This document shows, piece by piece, positions 38,544 to 48,296 of a DNA stretch of 64,000 bases. A program made the translations under genes and the position numbers. Each line of letters starts with the position of its first letter. Position 1 is the first letter of the stretch. This DNA comes from Ruminococcus sp. (lineage in GTDB: Bacteria; Bacillota; Clostridia; Oscillospirales; Acutalibacteraceae): assembly GCA_004555265.1 (NCBI GenBank), contig SFIQ01000017.1, forward strand, positions 11,431 to 75,430, written 5' to 3'. The notes below the pieces were generated by a model. The model saw only the letters and a program-made list of their open reading frames with translations, did no database searches and was not told the DNA's origin.

Positions 38544-39180
38544 TAGATTAGTGGCGTAGCCGCAATCCTTATATTCCTCCCTCTGGGAGGGAGGTGGCAC
38601 GCGCAAAGCGCGTGACGGAGGGAGAGAGAAAATATCTGCTTGTTTCTCTCCCCCAGTCAAATGCTGTGCATTTGACAGCCCCCTCGTCAGAGGGGGCGGA
38701 AACGGCGGGGGTAAAATTCTCCGAATTCGGGCACTTTGCGGCGGGGGCAAAATTCTCCGAATTCGGACACCCTTTTGTCTGCTTTGCAGACATTTCCCCT
38801 ATCAGGGGAATCACCCCGCCCTACCCTGAAAATTTTATTTCGTGCGTAGGGAACGGTCTTGACCGTTCCGCGAAATGACATCGCTTTTTTTCGGGCGAAC
38901 ACAGTTCGCCCCTACGATTCGTAGGGAACGACCTAAGTGTCGTTCCGCAAAGTCACATCAAATGCACGGGCGGGCGCGGAGACCCGCCCCTACAACGGGG
39001 CGCCGGGTCGGCGCCCCGTTGTTCCTCCCTCTTAGAGGGAGGTGGCTTTTGCCGTAGGCAAAAGACGGAGGGAGAGAGGAAATATCTGCTTGTTTCTCTC
39101 CCCCAGTCAAATGCGTTGCATTTGACAGCCCCCTCTCGGAGGGGGCGGAAACGGCGGGGGCAAGCCCCCGCCCTACCGTA
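38544..39180. repeat. Repeat island F: two copies of the multi-hairpin composite element (38544-38709, 39023-39158) plus reversed GTAG hairpins
   Basis: It is near-identical to 58151-58319 and 41458-41589. I hand-counted 6 GTAGGG/CCCTAC heads. Confidence 0.9.
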
Positions 39181-39269
39181 TAAATACAAACATAAATAAA
39201 AATTTATATTTTGCAGAGGCATTTCGCGGAACATCTTCAAGTTGTTTTGCGCGATTAGCTTTAAAAAAC

Positions 39270-39298
39270 TTGTCATTTGTTTAACAAAAGTTTATAAT
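39270..39298 (+). promoter_or_regulatory. Putative promoter (TTGTCA-17 nt-TATAAT)
   Basis: Located about 65 nt upstream of the ATG at 39366. Confidence 0.6.
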
Positions 39299-39365
39299 GC
39301 AACTGTAAAATACTCCCCAAAGTGGAAATAGTATGTAACGAGCCGAAATAAATGGGGTGTATTTT

Positions 39366-40025
39366 ATGAAGAAACTTTCGGAACAGGCATGGAACCGTAA
39401 AAATGACGGGTTGCGCCGCACGGCGGTATTCTTGGGCGCGTCGGCGGTAATTTTAACCTTTTCTCTTTGTGCGCCGCCCAATGCCGAACGCTTTGACATG
39501 ATCGGCATGGAGCTGGCGGTTGTGGCGCTGGCGATTTTCCTGTGGAAATTTCCGATTGGCATTTATTTTTCTGCCAACCTGTTCACGCTGTCGGCGGCGG
39601 CAGGGTCGATTTTAAAACTGTATGACCGTTTCCCCGGCTATGACCGCGTGGTGCATTTCATCAGCGGGCTGTTGCTCGGGTATATCGGCGTGTATCTCAT
39701 CAACCGCATTTTTGCCCGCCTGCACACAGAGAGTATCCCCGTGCTTGTGGTGTTGTTTGCGGGGATGTTCGCGTTTTTCGGCGCGGGATTTTGGGAAATC
39801 GTCGAATTTTTGACCGACTGTGTTGTGCATATGGATGTGCAGCACGGCAACACCGATACCATGGGCGATATTGTTGCAGGGTTTTTGGGCGGCATTTTGT
39901 ATCAGGGGTGTTTGTTGTTCCAATACCGCAAATGTTTTTCAAAAGCGAATATTATTAAATTCATAAAGGGCGAGCCTGTACCTGCAACTGCCGCCGCATT
40001 GCAAAAGGAGCATGCCGCCCGATAA
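39366..40025 (+). CDS. Integral membrane protein, DUF2238/YjdF-like
   Basis: About 219 aa with multiple TM segments. The DRVVHFISGLLLGY and FWEIVEF...DTMGDIVAGFLGG patterns resemble YjdF-family motifs (from memory). Confidence 0.5.
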   Translation: MKKLSEQAWNRKNDGLRRTAVFLGASAVILTFSLCAPPNAERFDMIGMELAVVALAIFLWKFPIGIYFSANLFTLSAAAGSILKLYDRFPGYDRVVHFISGLLLGYIGVYLINRIFARLHTESIPVLVVLFAGMFAFFGAGFWEIVEFLTDCVVHMDVQHGNTDTMGDIVAGFLGGILYQGCLLFQYRKCFSKANIIKFIKGEPVPATAAALQKEHAAR

Positions 40026-40041
40026 ACAGGGGGCATGCTCT

Positions 40042-40995
40042 ATGCTGAAAAAACGGGAATACATCTTTTGGATTTCGATGTTCTGCGGACTGTCGCTGTT
40101 GTTGCTTTCGGTGGGCACGGTGTACGATTTGCAAATCGACTGTTCGCTTTACAACCCCGAAAACGGCTTCGCGCGGTTTTTGCAGGACTACGGCGAGGTG
40201 CCGCGCTTTGCGCTGTGGGGGCCTGCCGCGGCGGTGCTGTATGCCACGCGCGAATGGGAATGTGAAACCGCCGTTGCGCTGATTGACAATTTGCGTCGCA
40301 AAAAAGGCGGCCTTTCCGAAAAATCCAAACAAACGCTTCTGAAAATCGCAAATTGGGGATTCGGCGTCGGCTTTTTGATACTCGGCTATTTCAGTTGGCA
40401 GAAACTCATCCGCAATGTGGTAAAGCGTTGGTTTTCGGACGAGACAAAAGAAACCGTGTTGTATACCGTGTTTTTGGTGACGGTGATTTTGGTGGTGGAT
40501 GTGCTGGCGGCATATTTTGCAAAGCGCAAAATCAGCGAAAAGACCTTGCGCGCCTTAAAACCGCTTGCATACGGCGGGATTGTGTTCGGCATTTTGTACC
40601 GTGTCAGCATTGACCCGATGAAAAATTTAGTTGAACGCACGCGGTTTTACGAAATGCTGACGGTGTACGATGACCGCGCCTTTACAATGTTTACCCCGTG
40701 GTATCAAAAGGGATTCGGCGGCTCGTCATTTCCGTCGGGGCATACGGCAAGCGGTGCGGCGCTGTTTTTGAGCCTGACGCTGTGCGACACCTTGGATTGC
40801 TGTAAAAATAAGGAACGGCTGTTCTTTCTCCTGTCTTGGGGCTACACTTGGCTTTTGGGCTTTACGCGTATGATTATGGGGCGGCACTTCCTGTCCGATG
40901 TGGCGGCAGGTGCGCTGTTGGGCTTTTTGTTCGCGATTGCGGCGCGGGAACTGTTTGTCCGCCGCACGGCAAAGAAACTCGGCCTCGTTGCGTGA
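40042..40995 (+). CDS. PAP2-family membrane phosphatase
   Basis: SFPSGHTASG and GRHFLSDVAAG acid-phosphatase motifs with multiple TM segments. Confidence 0.8.
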   Translation: MLKKREYIFWISMFCGLSLLLLSVGTVYDLQIDCSLYNPENGFARFLQDYGEVPRFALWGPAAAVLYATREWECETAVALIDNLRRKKGGLSEKSKQTLLKIANWGFGVGFLILGYFSWQKLIRNVVKRWFSDETKETVLYTVFLVTVILVVDVLAAYFAKRKISEKTLRALKPLAYGGIVFGILYRVSIDPMKNLVERTRFYEMLTVYDDRAFTMFTPWYQKGFGGSSFPSGHTASGAALFLSLTLCDTLDCCKNKERLFFLLSWGYTWLLGFTRMIMGRHFLSDVAAGALLGFLFAIAARELFVRRTAKKLGLVA

Positions 40996-41010
40996 AACGA
41001 AAAAAACAAA

Positions 41011-41047
41011 ACCGCGGCACACTTGCAAAGTGTGCCGCGGTCTTTTG
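41011..41047 (+). terminator. Intrinsic terminator after the PAP2 gene
   Basis: A 13-bp stem (ACCGCGGCACACT/AGTGTGCCGCGGT) followed by CTTTTG. Confidence 0.75.
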
Positions 41048-41054
41048 CAGGGGA

Positions 41055-41615
41055 TAAATTGGGGTTTGTGGGGCAAATGCATTTCACCTGGTAGGGCGGG
41101 GGCTTGCTCCCGCCGTCAATTCACATCGAACCCTGCGGCGGGGGCTTGCCCCCGCCCTACATGCACACGATTGATTTTATGTGTAGGGGCGATTCACGAA
41201 TCGCCCGCAAGGCTTGATGTGATTTTGCGGAACAACACTAAGGTTGTTCCCTACGAATCGTAGGGGCGAACTGTGTTCGCCCGCCTAATTGTCATTCTGA
41301 GCCGTTAGGCGAAGAATCTCGTTCCGCTCGGGTTTATTTTGTGCTATTGGAGATCCTTCGCTATCGCGCAGGATGACAAATTGGGGTTTGTGGGGATATT
41401 AACGGAACGGGCAAACTGTAATGCGAGCGTAGGGGTCGGCGTCTCGACGACCCGTTATTCCTCCCTCTGACGAGGGAGGTGGCTTTTGCCGCAGGCAAAA
41501 GCCGGAGGGAGAGAAACGGAAAAAATCTCTCCCCCAGTCAAATGCTACGCATTTGACAGCCCCCTCTCGGAGGGGGCGGAAACGGCGGGCGATTCGTGAA
41601 TCGCCCCTACGGTTG
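41055..41615. repeat. Repeat island G: GTAG hairpins, a doublet (41183-41254), a GTCATTCTGAGC../..CAGGATGAC inverted pair (41291-41377) and a composite element (41458-41589)
   Basis: The same unit families occur in islands C, E, F and I. I hand-counted 7 GTAGGG/CCCTAC heads. Confidence 0.9.
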
Positions 41616-41709
41616 GATAAACAACCCCCAATTTTACGCCTTTTGTATCGTTTCTGCCTTGGCTTGCGCTTGCTCGGATGCCACGGAAATGCCACGCGTG
41701 CTTTGCACC

Positions 41710-42483
41710 TTATTGTGCGGCCTTATGCTGTTTGCCTGTACTGTCGATTCGAGAATTGTCCCAATACAAAAGGTCCTCGACCGTTACAAATTGATACCCC
41801 TTTTCTGTCAGCGCCTGCAAGCACTGCCGCAACGCCTCGGGGGTGTTTTTGACATCGTTGTGAAACAGGATAATCGACCCGTTTTCCGTCGCCCCCGTCA
41901 CGCGCGAAACCATTTCCGCAACCTCTAACCCTTGCCAATCCAAACTATCCACCGACCATTGCACGGTCTGCATGGAAAGACGCTCTGCGGCGGTGATGAC
42001 ATCATTTGTATAATCGCCCGACGGCGCACGAAGCAGTTTCGGCTTCACACCGATTACGGCTTCAATTTCTGCATTGCATTTTTCAATATCCGCGGTAATT
42101 TCGTCCAAGGACAGCTTGCTGTATGCCTTGTGGCTGTCGGAATGGTTGCCGATGGTGTGCCCCGCCTGATAAAAGGCTTTGACCGCGTCCGGGTATTTTC
42201 GTACCCAATCCCCCACAACAAAGACGGTCACCTTGGCATGGTATTCGTCTAAAATCGACAGCAATTCGTCCGTATCCTCCGCACCCCACGCCGCGTCAAA
42301 GGTAATGGCAACCTTTTTTTCGGCGGTATCCACGCAATAGACGGGCAGTTTTCGTTCTTGCGTTTTTGCCGCCTGTATGGTTTGCACCCGTTGGGATACG
42401 CCTGCCGCCACAAATACCGCCGACAGCATCAGTATCAGCCCGATTGTAAGAGATTGTTTGGTTAACAGCATATACCGTTTCAT
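41710..42483 (-). CDS. Polysaccharide deacetylase (NodB-domain) with an N-terminal TM/signal anchor
   Basis: 257 aa with ITFDAAWG, VTVFVVGDW and GNHSDSH motifs. AAGGAGG RBS. Confidence 0.85.
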   Translation of the reverse strand: MKRYMLLTKQSLTIGLILMLSAVFVAAGVSQRVQTIQAAKTQERKLPVYCVDTAEKKVAITFDAAWGAEDTDELLSILDEYHAKVTVFVVGDWVRKYPDAVKAFYQAGHTIGNHSDSHKAYSKLSLDEITADIEKCNAEIEAVIGVKPKLLRAPSGDYTNDVITAAERLSMQTVQWSVDSLDWQGLEVAEMVSRVTGATENGSIILFHNDVKNTPEALRQCLQALTEKGYQFVTVEDLLYWDNSRIDSTGKQHKAAQ

Positions 42484-42539
42484 GTTACCGCCTCCTTAAA
42501 AGGTGAGGGCGTGACACCAACTCGGTGTTCCCCTCCTTA

Positions 42540-42722
42540 GGGTAACGGTAATAATCCGAACCACGGTTTATCGCGGCGGATTTGCCCTTACTCTTCGTTA
42601 AAATACTCGTTAATCCGAAAGGATTAACTGCGTTTTTGCCTCGATTAAGACCAAATCTGCACACGATAAACTGATCGCTTTAATACTGCATTTTTGACGG
42701 GTTCGGATTATTATCGTTACCC
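42540..42722. mobile_element. MITE copy 1 (183 bp, full length): 26-bp terminal inverted repeats (with the TA flank) and a TA flank on both sides
   Basis: TTAGGGTAACGGTAATAATCCGAACC at the left and its inverse (1 mismatch) at the right. It contains an internal GTTAATCC-GAAA-GGATTAAC hairpin. The second copy is at 49587-49726. Confidence 0.8.
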
Positions 42723-42765
42723 TAACTAATATGGGAACTCCCGATGAAAAATGCAAAAGAAACCC

Positions 42766-42794
42766 TTGACAAACCGAAAGAAATGGTGTATTCT
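42766..42794 (+). promoter_or_regulatory. infC-operon promoter (TTGACA-17 nt-TATTCT)
   Basis: TTGACA at 42766-42771 and TATTCT at 42789-42794. Confidence 0.6.
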
Positions 42795-42944
42795 ATTCGA
42801 GCAATAAAGAAGAACCGTTCCGTTCTCACCTGTGAGTTTTGTATGAAACAGGTCAATACAAGGCAAACCCCCTATGTTACGGGGCGATTTGTGTGTATTT
42901 CGGCGTGAACGGGTTTTCGTTCACGCTTTTTTGAATTTTAAGGA
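42795..42944 (+). promoter_or_regulatory. infC-rpmI-rplT leader with an attenuator (candidate L20-type leader)
   Basis: Several helices lead to a terminator at 42903-42932. In Firmicutes this position holds the L20-responsive leader. Confidence 0.55.
42903..42932 (+). terminator. Leader terminator (attenuator) 7 nt upstream of the infC RBS
   Basis: A 9-bp stem (GCGTGAACG/CGTTCACGC) with a 6-nt loop and TTTTTT. Confidence 0.75.
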
Positions 42945-42953
42945 GTGATTGGT

Positions 42954-43469
42954 ATCAGTACCAAAGAAATGCAAATCAATGAGCAAATTCGTGACCGCGA
43001 AGTCCGCGTCATCAGCGCAGACGGCGAGCAGCTCGGGATTATGTCGGCAAAAGAGGCGCTCAAAAAGGCAGAGGAGAAAAACCTCGACCTTGTAAAAATC
43101 GCCCCGAACGCCAAGCCCCCTGTCTGCAAAATCATGGATTACGGCAAATATCGCTTTGAGCAGGCAAAGCGCGAAAAAGAAGCGCGCAAAAACCAAAAGA
43201 TTGTCGAAATCAAAGAGATTCGTTTGTCCTTAAACATTGATACGCACGACTTTGAAACCAAAGCCAAGCACGCCGAAAAGTTCTTAAAGGCGGGGAATAA
43301 GGTAAAGGTTTCTATCCGCTTCCGCGGCCGCGAGATGGCGCACCCCGAACTCGGGAAAGCCTCTATGGAAAAATTTGCCGAGGCGTGCAAGGAATTTTCA
43401 ACCGTTGAAAAGCCCGCGAAATTAGAGGGCAGACAAATGCTGATGTTCTTAGCGCCCGTAAAACAGTAA
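42954..43469 (+). CDS. infC: Translation initiation factor IF-3, probably with a non-AUG start
   Basis: ..[19 protein letters not shown].. The ORF-track GTG (42945) overlaps the AGGAG SD. ATT at 42948 and ATC at 42954 are better spaced, but the exact start is uncertain. Confidence 0.9.
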   Translation: MSTKEMQINEQIRDREVRVISADGEQLGIMSAKEALKKAEEKNLDLVKIAPNAKPPVCKIMDYGKYRFEQAKREKEARKNQKIVEIKEIRLSLNIDTHDFETKAKHAEKFLKAGNKVKVSIRFRGREMAHPELGKASMEKFAEACKEFSTVEKPAKLEGRQMLMFLAPVKQ

Positions 43470-43492
43470 CCATTATTTCAGGAGGAATTGAA

Positions 43493-43690
43493 ATGCCTAA
43501 AATCAAAACCCACTCCGGAGCGAAAAAACGCTTCAAACTGTCGAAAAACGGCAAACCGATTCGCGCACATGCAAACAAATCCCACATCCTTACCAAGAAG
43601 AGCACCAAGAGGAAAAGAAATCTTCGCAAGACGGCTGTTGCGGATACAACCAATCAGAAGCAGATTAAGCGTCTGATTCCCTACAAATAA
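43493..43690 (+). CDS. rpmI: 50S ribosomal protein L35
   Basis: 65 aa, [15 protein letters not shown]. Confidence 0.96.
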   Translation: MPKIKTHSGAKKRFKLSKNGKPIRAHANKSHILTKKSTKRKRNLRKTAVADTTNQKQIKRLIPYK

Positions 43691-43735
43691 GCGAAAGCGG
43701 CGTACCCGCAAAAGAAAAATTCGGAGGTAACTTAA

Positions 43736-44092
43736 ATGGCACGTGTTAAAGGCGCTATGATGACGCGCAAAAGAAGAAATAAAACCTTAAAGCTCGCAAA
43801 GGGCTACTACGGTTCCAAGAGCAGACTGTTCAAGACCGCAAAACAGGCGGTTATGAAATCCGGTCAGTATGCTTACATCGGCAGAAAACAGAAAAAGAGA
43901 GATTTCAGAAGACTCTGGATTACCCGTATTTCCGCGGCTTGCAAAATGAACGGTATGAATTATTCCACCTTCATTAACGGGCTCAAAAAGGCAGGCATCG
44001 ACTTAAACCGCAAGATGCTTTCCGAAATTGCTATCGCTGACCCCGCGGCATTTACCGCGCTGACAGAACAGGCAAAAGCGGCATTGAAATAA
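43736..44092 (+). CDS. rplT: 50S ribosomal protein L20
   Basis: 118 aa, [16 protein letters not shown]. Confidence 0.97.
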   Translation: MARVKGAMMTRKRRNKTLKLAKGYYGSKSRLFKTAKQAVMKSGQYAYIGRKQKKRDFRRLWITRISAACKMNGMNYSTFINGLKKAGIDLNRKMLSEIAIADPAAFTALTEQAKAALK

Positions 44093-44096
44093 GTAA

Positions 44097-44140
44097 AAAC
44101 CACGCCTTGTGTTTGTCGGGGCGTGGTTTCCGTTTTCTTT
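44097..44140 (+). terminator. Intrinsic terminator after rplT
   Basis: A 10-bp stem (AAACCACGCC/GGCGTGGTTT) followed by a T-rich tail. Confidence 0.7.
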
Positions 44141-44158
44141 TAGAGGAGGTGGAACAGG

Positions 44159-44941
44159 TTGGCATATCCTGTCATACAAAGTCGAACCAACGCAAAAATT
44201 AAAGACGGTTGTCGCCTGACCGCCTCGGCAAAATACCGACGCGAGCAGGGGCTTTTTACGCTCGAGGGGCTTCGTCTTTGCGCGGACGCGGCGCAAAGCG
44301 GCTGTCAAGTACAAACGCTGTTTTTGACCGCCGACGCGGAAGAAAAAGGCGGGGAACGGCTTAAAATTCTGCTGAAAAACGCGCAAAAAATCTATACGGT
44401 GACGGAGGAAGTTGCAGAGAAACTTTCGGATACGGTTTCGTCGCAGGGCGTCTTTGCCATTTTACAAATGTTGCCCGAAACGGCGCTTGCCATACAAAAA
44501 GGCGGCAAATATGTGGTGCTGGATACGGTGCAAAATCCGCAGAACTTGGGGGCGATTGCCCGCACGGCGGAGGCGTTCGGCGTAAACGGGCTGATTGTCG
44601 GCGGCGGGTGTGACCGCTATAACCCGAAAGCGTTGCGCGCGTCGATGGGCTCGCTTTTGCGCCTGCCTGTGTTTGAAACCGAGGACTTGGCGGCAACCGT
44701 GCGGGAAATCGGCAAAACCGTGCCGACCTTTGCCACCGTACCCGACTGTACGGCAGAAAGCATCTGTGCGCAGGACTTTTCCGGCGGTGCGGCGGCGATT
44801 ATCGGCAACGAGGGCAACGGCGTCCGTGAAGCGGTGCTCTCTGCGGCGCAAAAGCGTGTTACCATTCCGATGCGCGGCAATGCAGAATCTTTAAATGCGG
44901 CGGCGGCGGCAACCGTAACCGTTTGGGAAATGATGAAATGA
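44159..44941 (+). CDS. TrmH/SpoU-family RNA 2'-O-methyltransferase
   Basis: TTG start after GAGGAGG. It has NPQNLGAIARTAEAFG, IGNEGNGV and ESLNAAAAA motifs. Confidence 0.85.
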   Translation: MAYPVIQSRTNAKIKDGCRLTASAKYRREQGLFTLEGLRLCADAAQSGCQVQTLFLTADAEEKGGERLKILLKNAQKIYTVTEEVAEKLSDTVSSQGVFAILQMLPETALAIQKGGKYVVLDTVQNPQNLGAIARTAEAFGVNGLIVGGGCDRYNPKALRASMGSLLRLPVFETEDLAATVREIGKTVPTFATVPDCTAESICAQDFSGGAAAIIGNEGNGVREAVLSAAQKRVTIPMRGNAESLNAAAAATVTVWEMMK

Positions 44942-46143
44942 ACGACGAGATTTATTGGATTTGGCTGCTGCGCTGTTTGGGGCCTGCCGCGGCGATTGCG
45001 GATATGATAGAAGTGTTCGGCTCGGCGCGCGGCGTGTATGAGGCGGGCACAGTCGAATGGCGGCTGTCGGGGATACTGACCGCAAAGCAGATTGCGGCGC
45101 TCTCAAAATATTCCCCGTCCGAGTCGGGCGGCGTTTTGCGCACCTGCCGCGAAAACGGCTGGGAAATGCTCACGCCTGACAGCGTGTATTACCCGCAAAA
45201 ACTGCGCGAAATCCGCAACTTTCCGCCCGTATTGTTTTTGCAGGGCGACAAAGAAGTGCTCCTAAATGAAGTGAAACTCGCTATGGTCGGGACGCGCAAA
45301 GCGACGCATTACAGCCTGCGGGTGGCTGCTGCATTGGCACAATCGTTGAGTGCGGCAGGTGTCACCGTGGTTTCGGGCGGCGCGCTTGGGATTGACAGCG
45401 CCGCGCACACAGGTGCGCTTCGCGCGGGCGGCAAAACGATTGCCGTGCTCGGCTGTGGCTTGGGTACGGATTATCTGCGTGAAAATGCGGCATTGCGCCG
45501 CGAAATTTCCGAAAACGGCGCGCTGATTACGGAATTTTTGCCGTTTTCGCCGGCGTCCAGAACGACCTTTCCGTTGCGCAATCGGATTATTTCCGCGCTG
45601 TCGCTCGGTACGGTGGTTGTGGAGGCAGGAGAAAAAAGCGGTTCCTTGATTACCGCGCGGTATGCAATGGAGCAGGGGCGCGATGTGTTCGCCGTGCCGG
45701 GAGATGTCATCTCCTCGGCGTTTACGGGCGCGAATAAGTTAATTCATGACGGCGCAAAACCCGTCTTTTCGCCGCTTGATATTTTGGAAGAATATGTTTA
45801 TACTTACTCTGACGCGATACATCCGCAAGCGGCAGAGCGTGTGTTTCAAGATTTACAACAAATGCTGCTGCGCCGAGGTGCGCCTGTGCACGGTGCATCC
45901 GCACCGGCAGTGCAACAGGAAACGCCGAAAACAGCGTCCGCGCACCCCGTCGGAACGCTCCCCGAAACGGCAAGCCAAAACGCCAAGGCGGTATACGCCG
46001 CTCTGGGGGACGGCGAACGGCACATTGACGAGCTGTGCGAAACCGCCGCCCTTTCGGTCGGCGACACGCTTGCGGCGCTGACGGAGTTGGAACTGTACGG
46101 CTGTGCCGCATTAACACAGGGTAAAAAATATAAGAAAATATAG
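44938..46143 (+). CDS. dprA: DNA-processing protein DprA (Smf)
   Basis: ATGA overlap with the upstream gene. GGALGIDSAAHTGAL Rossmann motif. Confidence 0.88.
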   Translation: MNDEIYWIWLLRCLGPAAAIADMIEVFGSARGVYEAGTVEWRLSGILTAKQIAALSKYSPSESGGVLRTCRENGWEMLTPDSVYYPQKLREIRNFPPVLFLQGDKEVLLNEVKLAMVGTRKATHYSLRVAAALAQSLSAAGVTVVSGGALGIDSAAHTGALRAGGKTIAVLGCGLGTDYLRENAALRREISENGALITEFLPFSPASRTTFPLRNRIISALSLGTVVVEAGEKSGSLITARYAMEQGRDVFAVPGDVISSAFTGANKLIHDGAKPVFSPLDILEEYVYTYSDAIHPQAAERVFQDLQQMLLRRGAPVHGASAPAVQQETPKTASAHPVGTLPETASQNAKAVYAALGDGERHIDELCETAALSVGDTLAALTELELYGCAALTQGKKYKKI

Positions 46144-46154
46144 GAAGGTCTCAA

Positions 46155-48296
46155 ATGTCGAATTTGGTAATTGTGGAGTCACCCTCCAAAGCAAAAACAA
46201 TTCAAAAATATTTGGGTAAAGACTATAAGGTCACGGCGTCCGTGGGGCATATCCGCGATTTGCCCGCCGCAAAGTTGAGCGTGGATGTCAAAAACGATTT
46301 TGCGCCGAAATATGCGATTGTCAAGGGCAAAGAAAAACTGGTCAAAGAGTTAAAAGAAATGGTGAAACAGTCCGACCGCGTCTACCTCGCAACCGACCCG
46401 GACCGCGAGGGCGAGGCGATTTCGTGGCATCTTGCCACGGTGCTCGGCTTGGATATGGACGACAAAAACCGCGTGAAATTCAACGAAATTAACAAAACCA
46501 GCGTGCAAAACGGCATTGCGCACCCCGAAAAAATCGATTTGGATTTGGTGGACGCCCAACAGGCGCGCCGTATTTTAGACCGTTTGGTCGGCTATAAATT
46601 GAGTCCGTTTGTGTCACAGAAAATCCGCCGTGGGCTTTCCGCAGGGCGCGTGCAATCCGTGGCACTGCGCTTAATTGTGGATCGCGAGCAGGAAATCCGC
46701 GCCTTTGTGCCCGAAGAATATTGGACGCTGGACGCGAAGTTTACCGCCCCCGCCTCAAAACGCGCGTTTGCGGCGAGTTTTGTCGGCGATGAAACGGGCA
46801 AAATCAAGGTGGAAACCAAAGAACAGTCCGACGCGATTCTTATGCGCCTGGACGGTGCGGAATATAAGGTGACGAGCGTCAAAAAGGGCACACGCCGCAA
46901 AACGCCCGCCCCGCCGTTTACCACCTCCACCTTACAGCAGGAGGGTTCGCGCAAACTCGGCTTTCAGGGCAAGCGCACGATGAAAGTGGCGCAGGAACTG
47001 TATGAAGGTATGGAAGTGAAAGGCTACGGCGCAATGGGTTTGATTACCTATATGCGTACCGACTCGTTGCGTATTTCCGAGGAGGCGCGCGCCGAGGGCA
47101 ACGCCTATATCGCGGAGAATTTCGGCAAGGAATATCTGCCCGAAAAACCGCGTTATTATAAAACCAAAGCCTCCGCGCAGGACGGGCACGAGGCCATCCG
47201 CCCGACCGTACCGTCTTTGTCACCGGACAAGGTGAAAGACAGTTTGACCTCGGATCAGTTTAAACTGTATTCGCTGATTTGGAAACGCTTTATGGCAAGC
47301 CTTATGGCAAACTGCGTGCAGGATACCGTCAAGGTGGAAATTCAGGGCGCAAACGAACAGGACGCGAAAGACAGCAAATACTGCCTGTTCTCGGCGAGCG
47401 GCTACACCGTGCGCTTTGACGGCTATACGAAACTCTATATTGCGGGTACCGACGAAGAGGAAGAGGATGCGTCCAATCTCCCCGCACTCAAAGAGGGCGA
47501 TATGCTGAAATTGAAAGAACTGCTCGGCAATCAGCACTTCACCCAACCGCCCGCGCGTTATACCGAGGCTTCGCTTGTGAAAACTTTGGAGGAAACGGGC
47601 GTCGGCAGGCCGAGCACCTATGTATCGATTGTGTCTACGATTACGGGGCGTGAATATGTTACCCGCGAGCAAAAACAGTTAAAGCCCACAGAACTCGGTG
47701 AAGCGGTGACGGGGCTTTTGAAAGAGCAGTTCCCGAATATCGTCAATGTGAAATTCACGGCGAATATGGAAAGCGACCTCGACAAGGTCGAGCACGGCGA
47801 AGTGGATTACATCGCCATGCTCCACACCTTCTATGACGGCTTTGAGGAAACCTTAAAAGCCGCCAAGGAAAAAACCGAGGGTGTGAAAATCAAACTCAAA
47901 GAGGACGAAACCGACATTCCCTGTGAAAAATGCGGGCGTATGATGGTGGTAAAAACCGGTCGGTTCGGCAAATTCCTGGCGTGCCCCGGCTACCCCGAAT
48001 GCAAAAACACCAAACCGTTGGTGGTCGAGACCAACGCGAAATGCCCCGTCTGCGGCGGCAAAGTGATTCAGAAAAAGAGCAAGCGCGGCTATACCTTCTT
48101 CGGCTGTGACAATTATCCCAACTGTAACTTTATGACTTGGGATAAGCCCACCGACGAGGTGTGCCCACAGTGCGGCAAATCGTTGTTTAAACGCAAAGGC
48201 GGCGTGTTGGCGTGCTTAAACGAGGGCTGTGGCTTTGAAAAGAAAGCCGAGCGCAAACGCAAAAAGAAAGACGAAACGGGAGTAAATGACGAATGA
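46155..48296 (+). CDS. topA: DNA topoisomerase I
   Basis: 713 aa. Toprim domain (LVIVESPSKAKTIQKYLG) and C-terminal C4 zinc ribbons. Confidence 0.96.
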   Translation: MSNLVIVESPSKAKTIQKYLGKDYKVTASVGHIRDLPAAKLSVDVKNDFAPKYAIVKGKEKLVKELKEMVKQSDRVYLATDPDREGEAISWHLATVLGLDMDDKNRVKFNEINKTSVQNGIAHPEKIDLDLVDAQQARRILDRLVGYKLSPFVSQKIRRGLSAGRVQSVALRLIVDREQEIRAFVPEEYWTLDAKFTAPASKRAFAASFVGDETGKIKVETKEQSDAILMRLDGAEYKVTSVKKGTRRKTPAPPFTTSTLQQEGSRKLGFQGKRTMKVAQELYEGMEVKGYGAMGLITYMRTDSLRISEEARAEGNAYIAENFGKEYLPEKPRYYKTKASAQDGHEAIRPTVPSLSPDKVKDSLTSDQFKLYSLIWKRFMASLMANCVQDTVKVEIQGANEQDAKDSKYCLFSASGYTVRFDGYTKLYIAGTDEEEEDASNLPALKEGDMLKLKELLGNQHFTQPPARYTEASLVKTLEETGVGRPSTYVSIVSTITGREYVTREQKQLKPTELGEAVTGLLKEQFPNIVNVKFTANMESDLDKVEHGEVDYIAMLHTFYDGFEETLKAAKEKTEGVKIKLKEDETDIPCEKCGRMMVVKTGRFGKFLACPGYPECKNTKPLVVETNAKCPVCGGKVIQKKSKRGYTFFGCDNYPNCNFMTWDKPTDEVCPQCGKSLFKRKGGVLACLNEGCGFEKKAERKRKKKDETGVNDE

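Noticed and set aside
39299-39365. A yjdF-type riboswitch upstream of the YjdF-like membrane protein.
   Set aside because: The space between the predicted -10 box and the ATG is only about 65 nt, with one small CCCCA/TGGGG stem. That is too short for the roughly 100-nt motif, and I cannot recall or match its consensus. An Rfam scan would settle it.
39281-39562. A 93-aa minus-strand ORF overlapping the promoter and 5' end of the YjdF-like gene.
   Set aside because: It has no SD, it is antisense to a plausible membrane-protein gene and promoter, and its translation has no recognisable features.
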